From IMG/VR virus record IMGVR_UViG_3300037246_000768, positions 1 to 59,458 of that record: a stretch of 59,458 nt of DNA. The stretch is one strand, 5' to 3'. This DNA is from a virus. Lineage: Duplodnaviria > Caudoviricetes. Positions within the stretch are counted from its first letter, which is position 1. Each line of letters starts with the position of its first letter. The notes under the pieces are model-generated. The model was not told the DNA's origin, searched no databases, and was given only the letters and a program-made list of their open reading frames with translations. Made by a program: the position numbers and the translations under genes. Shown piece after piece: positions 57,101 to 59,458 of the stretch.

Positions 57101-59458
57101 CAGTCAGGAAACGGGAGACCACCTGCTGCAAAGCCGTAGAGCCCCGTTTCATCGCCTCGGTAAGCTGCTCGAATGAGAGCCCGGACGTTCCAAGCACGGT
57201 GCGATAGTAGAGCGGCATGTTGCCGGGGCGCTTGGCGAAGGTCGCACTCAGATAGAGAACTCCGGCAGCCTCTGCGATCATTTCACGCACGTACTCTGCG
57301 GTGTTGAGCTTGGGGTTGCCGTCTTTATCGACCTTCGCAGCCTTCGGCCTACGGTCTTGCGCGGGTGCTTCGCCGCCTGCGTTGTGGGCTTCGTCCAAGA
57401 TGACGATGTTGTCGTCTGAGAGCTTGAGCAGGATGTCTCGCTGCGCGTTGTTGATGCGTACCTGCGAATAGGTGGTCATAAGCACGCCGTAATCGTTGTC
57501 TTTCAGGTACTTCTTCGGGTCGGCCTTGAGCGCCCTGTAGGTGTCGGTCGTCCTCTTGCCGAGACCGCCCTGCTTCTTGTAGACCACGCTGCCCTGCGCG
57601 TCGGTGATGTTGGCTTCCTTGTCACCGTGCATGATGAAGGGGGTAACTTCGTGGCCTATGTCGTTGAGGTCGCGGTTCATGTCGGTGAGGAGGTTGGCCT
57701 TCTCAGTCATAAACACAGCCGTCTTACCCTGCAGGTTTGCGTAGCGGATCAGCGCAGCGGCGACGCGGCCCTTACCGATGCCGGTCATGTCGCCGTTGAT
57801 CTTGCCCATGCCGCCTTCGATAGCGTCGATTGCAAGGGCTATAGCGTCGATCTGCTCTGCAGAGAAGCGCGAGTCGCCGTCAACCGTAGTGTAAAGAGCC
57901 TCAGAGCTCGGGTAGTCGAGTTTGCCGGCTACCCAGGTGTCGAGGTCGCCGTGAGCGTCTACGATCTTCTGTAGGGCCTTACGCAGCGGCGCGGCCTGGT
58001 TCTTTGGAACGAGGTTGCCGCCGCTCTCTCCCTGCGATACCGGGTCATAGCGGGACTGCAGTTCACTCACCTGCGTCGGGGGCTCCGCCTTGGGGGCTTT
58101 CTTCGGGGCCTGTTCGGCCTTGGGCTCTGCGTATGCGTCGTCGAGGTTGAATGCATGCACCTCTTCCTTGGTCGAGAAGCCGGGCTCCTTGGATGCGCGT
58201 GCAATCTTGCGGTAGATGGGTTTGATGTAGTCTCGGATTGCCGTACCGAACCTGCGTGCGAGCTCGGTGGATACCTCGGCTATGGTGCGAAGGCCAGCCT
58301 CTGAGTAGAGCGTGGCTATCTTAATGCCGAGCGAGATGACCTTCGGATCTATGCCTGTGCGTAGTGTGGTGGGGTCAAGCTGTACGTCGAGCTCTTTTTC
58401 AAGCGCGTCGAGCTTCGCCTGCTTCTCGTCGGAGAGCCGGCTTAGAACAGCGGGGCGGTCTCCCACAGCAGGCCCTCTAACGTCCACTCTTCCAGCAGCT
58501 GCTCCGGCGTCTGGAACTCCGACACCTTTTCCTGTGCCTTCTCGTCCCTGCCGTTTGTCTCCAGCGCGCTCTCCAGGCTTCTCGCGATCTCCTGGTTTCC
58601 CCCGGTCAGCGTCACCGCGTCGCCCACCGGCCCCATCGCCTCGCTCACCAGTATCCCTAATTCCACGTCGTTGTTTTCCAGTAGGACTTCCAGCGCCTGT
58701 CTCAGATACACTTGGAACCTCCTTCCCTTCCAGTACGGCTGCAACGTCGTCAAAGTTCTGCGCGCTCTCCACCTGTGCTTGCGTAGTGGGTGCGAAGGTC
58801 TTATCGGCTTGGGCCTTGACCCCGTCAATCGTAATGAGTCTGATCGGAAAAGTCGTGCCCTGCTTACGGTAAACGTCGCCGCTTATGTCTATATTATGCG
58901 TCACATTGTAGTGGCTGTAAAGGTAGTTTAAGAAAACCCTATCAGTCCCGGTCATTTTACCGTCTTTAAAATTGTGGCCGCCGACGATGAATGCAGCCTT
59001 GCCGTCGTCTTTAAGCGCCATCAAAGACTCTGCTACTATCTGGTGTTCCAACTTCTTGAGCGGGAATCCATCGAACTCGCGCACGCTGTCAGCCGTGCCG
59101 AAAGGCGGGTTCATAATTACCCGGTCAAACTCACCTTCCATATCGGGATCGAGCTCAAGGCTTGCGTCGTCGTTGGTGACGGTGAAGCCCAAAGCCTCCA
59201 GGTGCTGCGTGCGGGGCCCGGTGTCCAGCTCGTTGGTGACAACTTCCTGCGGCTTGGCTACGCCGGCGACCAGCATGCCGTTTCCTGCGGTGGGCTCGTA
59301 AACTGTCAGCGTGCCCTTTTTATCCATCCCGAGGTGGCGCTGCATGAGATACGCAAGCGGCGCCGGCGTGCTGTACTGCTGCAGGGCCATGCTCTTGGAG
59401 TCGCGCTGCGTGAGACCGGCCTGTAGTTCGTAGAGGTCTTTTGCCTGCTGCAGCTTTT
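51126..59458 (-). CDS. 3' part of the giant polyvalent/DarB-like protein: N6-adenine MTase, Strawberry-notch-type SF2 helicase, zincin, C-terminal LPD38-like region
   Basis: QQYSTP, EPTAGNG, MNPPF (MTase); GDMTGIGKGR, DEAHN, LSATFA, STGLSLH, QMLGRIFRKGQ (helicase); YHELFH (zincin); frame continues through the terminal repeat into 1-2909. Confidence 0.9.
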   Translation of the reverse strand, partial: KLQQAKDLYELQAGLTQRDSKSMALQQYSTPAPLAYLMQRHLGMDKKGTLTVYEPTAGNGMLVAGVAKPQEVVTNELDTGPRTQHLEALGFTVTNDDASLELDPDMEGEFDRVIMNPPFGTADSVREFDGFPLKKLEHQIVAESLMALKDDGKAAFIVGGHNFKDGKMTGTDRVFLNYLYSHYNVTHNIDISGDVYRKQGTTFPIRLITIDGVKAQADKTFAPTTQAQVESAQNFDDVAAVLEGKEVPSVSETGAGSPTGKQRRGIRDTGERGDGAGGRRGDADRGKPGDREKPGERAGDKRQGREGTGKGVGVPDAGAAAGRVDVRGPAVGDRPAVLSRLSDEKQAKLDALEKELDVQLDPTTLRTGIDPKVISLGIKIATLYSEAGLRTIAEVSTELARRFGTAIRDYIKPIYRKIARASKEPGFSTKEEVHAFNLDDAYAEPKAEQAPKKAPKAEPPTQVSELQSRYDPVSQGESGGNLVPKNQAAPLRKALQKIVDAHGDLDTWVAGKLDYPSSEALYTTVDGDSRFSAEQIDAIALAIDAIEGGMGKINGDMTGIGKGRVAAALIRYANLQGKTAVFMTEKANLLTDMNRDLNDIGHEVTPFIMHGDKEANITDAQGSVVYKKQGGLGKRTTDTYRALKADPKKYLKDNDYGVLMTTYSQVRINNAQRDILLKLSDDNIVILDEAHNAGGEAPAQDRRPKAAKVDKDGNPKLNTAEYVREMIAEAAGVLYLSATFAKRPGNMPLYYRTVLGTSGLSFEQLTEAMKRGSTALQQVVSRFLTERGHYIRREQDFSQIDKMVRKVDDDNAVRDAVDADKLTSEMRRLVTFSRDLQEEMEAAWPALLEEEGHVAEAGQDNFKVNSVAFPSVVHNYVAQMLLAIKADAVANEAIDAFKRGEKPVIGLMNTMGSFLHDMMAAENLKLGDEIGTSFKSVLLKALRNTLRYTVKDEKDKKTAHYLTEMQLAEHAPDAYASYLRVKTRIEDLVTGVTSSPIDRMRMRLESAGIRTGEITGRDIYIDMQGNKGIIKKRSAQDTNRKKTIRGFNEGDIDALIINRAGSTGLSLHPTAKTADKRPRHMIVAQADLNVDTVIQMLGRIFRKGQVQKPSYTFFNTALPAETRPAVVLEGKLKSMSANTSADADSAFSQHIPDMMNQYGDAMVAQWLQSNPDVASMISMSVAQGDESGDVVGFFRKASGRIALLPAETQGRFYSEVTEMFEAHIEYLNSIGQNNLVTEDIDFRAETQRKDVVHTGTDPDNPFAADAVLEEMLVRNMNKPYSGLKLEEIVTKALAGDKPVEHSAKIVSDLRKAYDDYVAAQMEKREIALVEERSVAFFDQMIAEAHRTFTQAEDMIERYTIGSSHMLMLDEETGVRVPAVVTGVTVAKGTGNPSARSKIKFNFALASHDRNVSLRMMQYAMLAGSRENFSGEIRKNWDTYAPKETKATRYIVTGNLLAGFGAVKNGSVITFTRADGTKEQGILVPTSVDQEGIDNLRAWRSVNPEEAASWLNAQPEEAVQSISTTRDGVRVFRDDNGQHQLRVPHTKRDGAVFFLDKDLLALMESERGFQDVGRGTRKSKVGFFPKKNLQRVLEIVYEKDVRYSVRNPEAATQEAFSVTEEGEVVALNIKAIRRIRTALKKALPRGAVVNLGILETIDPEEITEEARKAHGKGKQQVKIAGHAETQVFSDGSMRSLIRLAMDAATEETGYHELFHVAENMGLITKEERAVLDKKYPPEAKAGAETRADAYARWVMGNKDGITAQAQRIFKKLQAFLERIKNALTGYGYLAADDVFADLESGELAKRDYRDRKPVARADYSLAEETDPSPAQAATRMSLRDRANKIIDGTDNAIASPLMGLEDADEYKARRYIALGLLGDVKEKTAKLYKMLRDLSGEDAKLVYEYLTNKEADINAVPEQWRKAAQEAKQTVETVGDILVAHRLLPQDVIDENRGQYLPRVYLKYLIGEEGVKAMSTGKKMGLGYTKKRNKNMTDEQRIANGEITDPAYLVSRAYNLPMRDVVILDWLNDIAKHHDWVLPGSLVEWAWQESPGYQLGPWSYDINEDGTYKMQRVKRSRKVFTHENVNASELNNFFGNEKVANAVREGKGTPAMEKIRGKETYKKSGWKKLGRWYRYKKNADGTYTIKAQEIVEENIKHDNVSPENLAGIVGPNRAQAMADHAELGRRVAEIDPFDWNRGKARSAGVGEQVRGVPKLKGGKLVSVFWLATERDRIRTSLHLMNEEKRAEAAKIADRMDALVKEFGPPEGTPMPEGYAQIPKGKKYGPLGGMVVRKEIANDLVGVVRTAIGDEGLGKQLDTFLKKSIRVWKWSKTAANVSGQVRNFVSNGIMLGMSGIGWHRIPGLMSRAAGEIRNNGNYWRIAKKYGVTEATFSNTELQRIETDLLDVTNRQSGGNFFTTMKLMAATFMNATGDVYQLMEALGKTAKIIDEIEKHGKSPEQAALSAHKWLFDYSEVSPTVKAARDHYLGSPFITYTLKVLPRILDSMVNHPMHSLPFMAATMAIPYAVAQSLDVDDEEYDKLMAAMPGWIQEKGHAYILPVKDEQGRWKVVDIGYFFPWSAWSESLYRVGKIAGKDREVDDVFKLVSGLGFAGSPAYDIITAVKTNIDPFSQRPIVDPYAPPGEKLQAVFTYMYNMAAPSWVNIGGKGFLGKEIDALTGKLDARGRPRSTHGDALARLIGVNLYNYDPVETRSWNIRDLQREITDSKAAMAKRLRSPNTTAEDRQAIVDHFTERINIVAEKLRRYAAESDSTLLYRKDL
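59299..59458. repeat. Terminal direct repeat, right copy
   Basis: Matches 1-160 with two substitutions. Confidence 0.95.

Noticed and set aside
1-59458. Stop-codon reassignment
   Set aside because: Long genes are intact under the standard code, and TAA, TAG and TGA all end genes at coupled junctions

Overview
The window is an apparently complete, circularly assembled genome of a tailed dsDNA phage with podovirus-type architecture, about 59,298 bp unique (positions 1-160 repeat at 59299-59458). Minus strand 1-26.4 kb carries a packaging, head, short-tail and ejection module, a lysis cassette, tRNA-Ile(GAT), RusA and self-contained accessory units. A divergent non-coding control region (26.4-27.1 kb) precedes a plus-strand early operon of small genes with a MoxR-type AAA+/VWA-like pair. 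Minus strand 34.9-42.5 kb holds replication and recombination genes (YqaJ, RecT, second SSB, O-like initiator with iterons, DnaB, DUF5131, HD protein). A plus-strand operon carries Lar-like genes and a tyrosine integrase. A minus-strand fibre module and a giant polyvalent DarB-like gene follow; that gene spans the contig junction (about 3,693 aa: inorganic pyrophosphatase, N6-adenine MTase, Strawberry-notch-type SF2 helicase, zincin). Most notable: (i) tail-fibre/virion-like genes that all begin with Sec or lipoprotein signal peptides; (ii) a complete type I hammerhead ribozyme between the AAA+ and VWA-like genes; (iii) a promoter-driven 124-nt multi-stem RNA with tRNA top-half geometry; (iv) a gene bracketed by inverted repeats that compete with its terminator; (v) strong enrichment of ACGCA/TGCGT. 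All family calls come from motif recognition by eye, not database searches.
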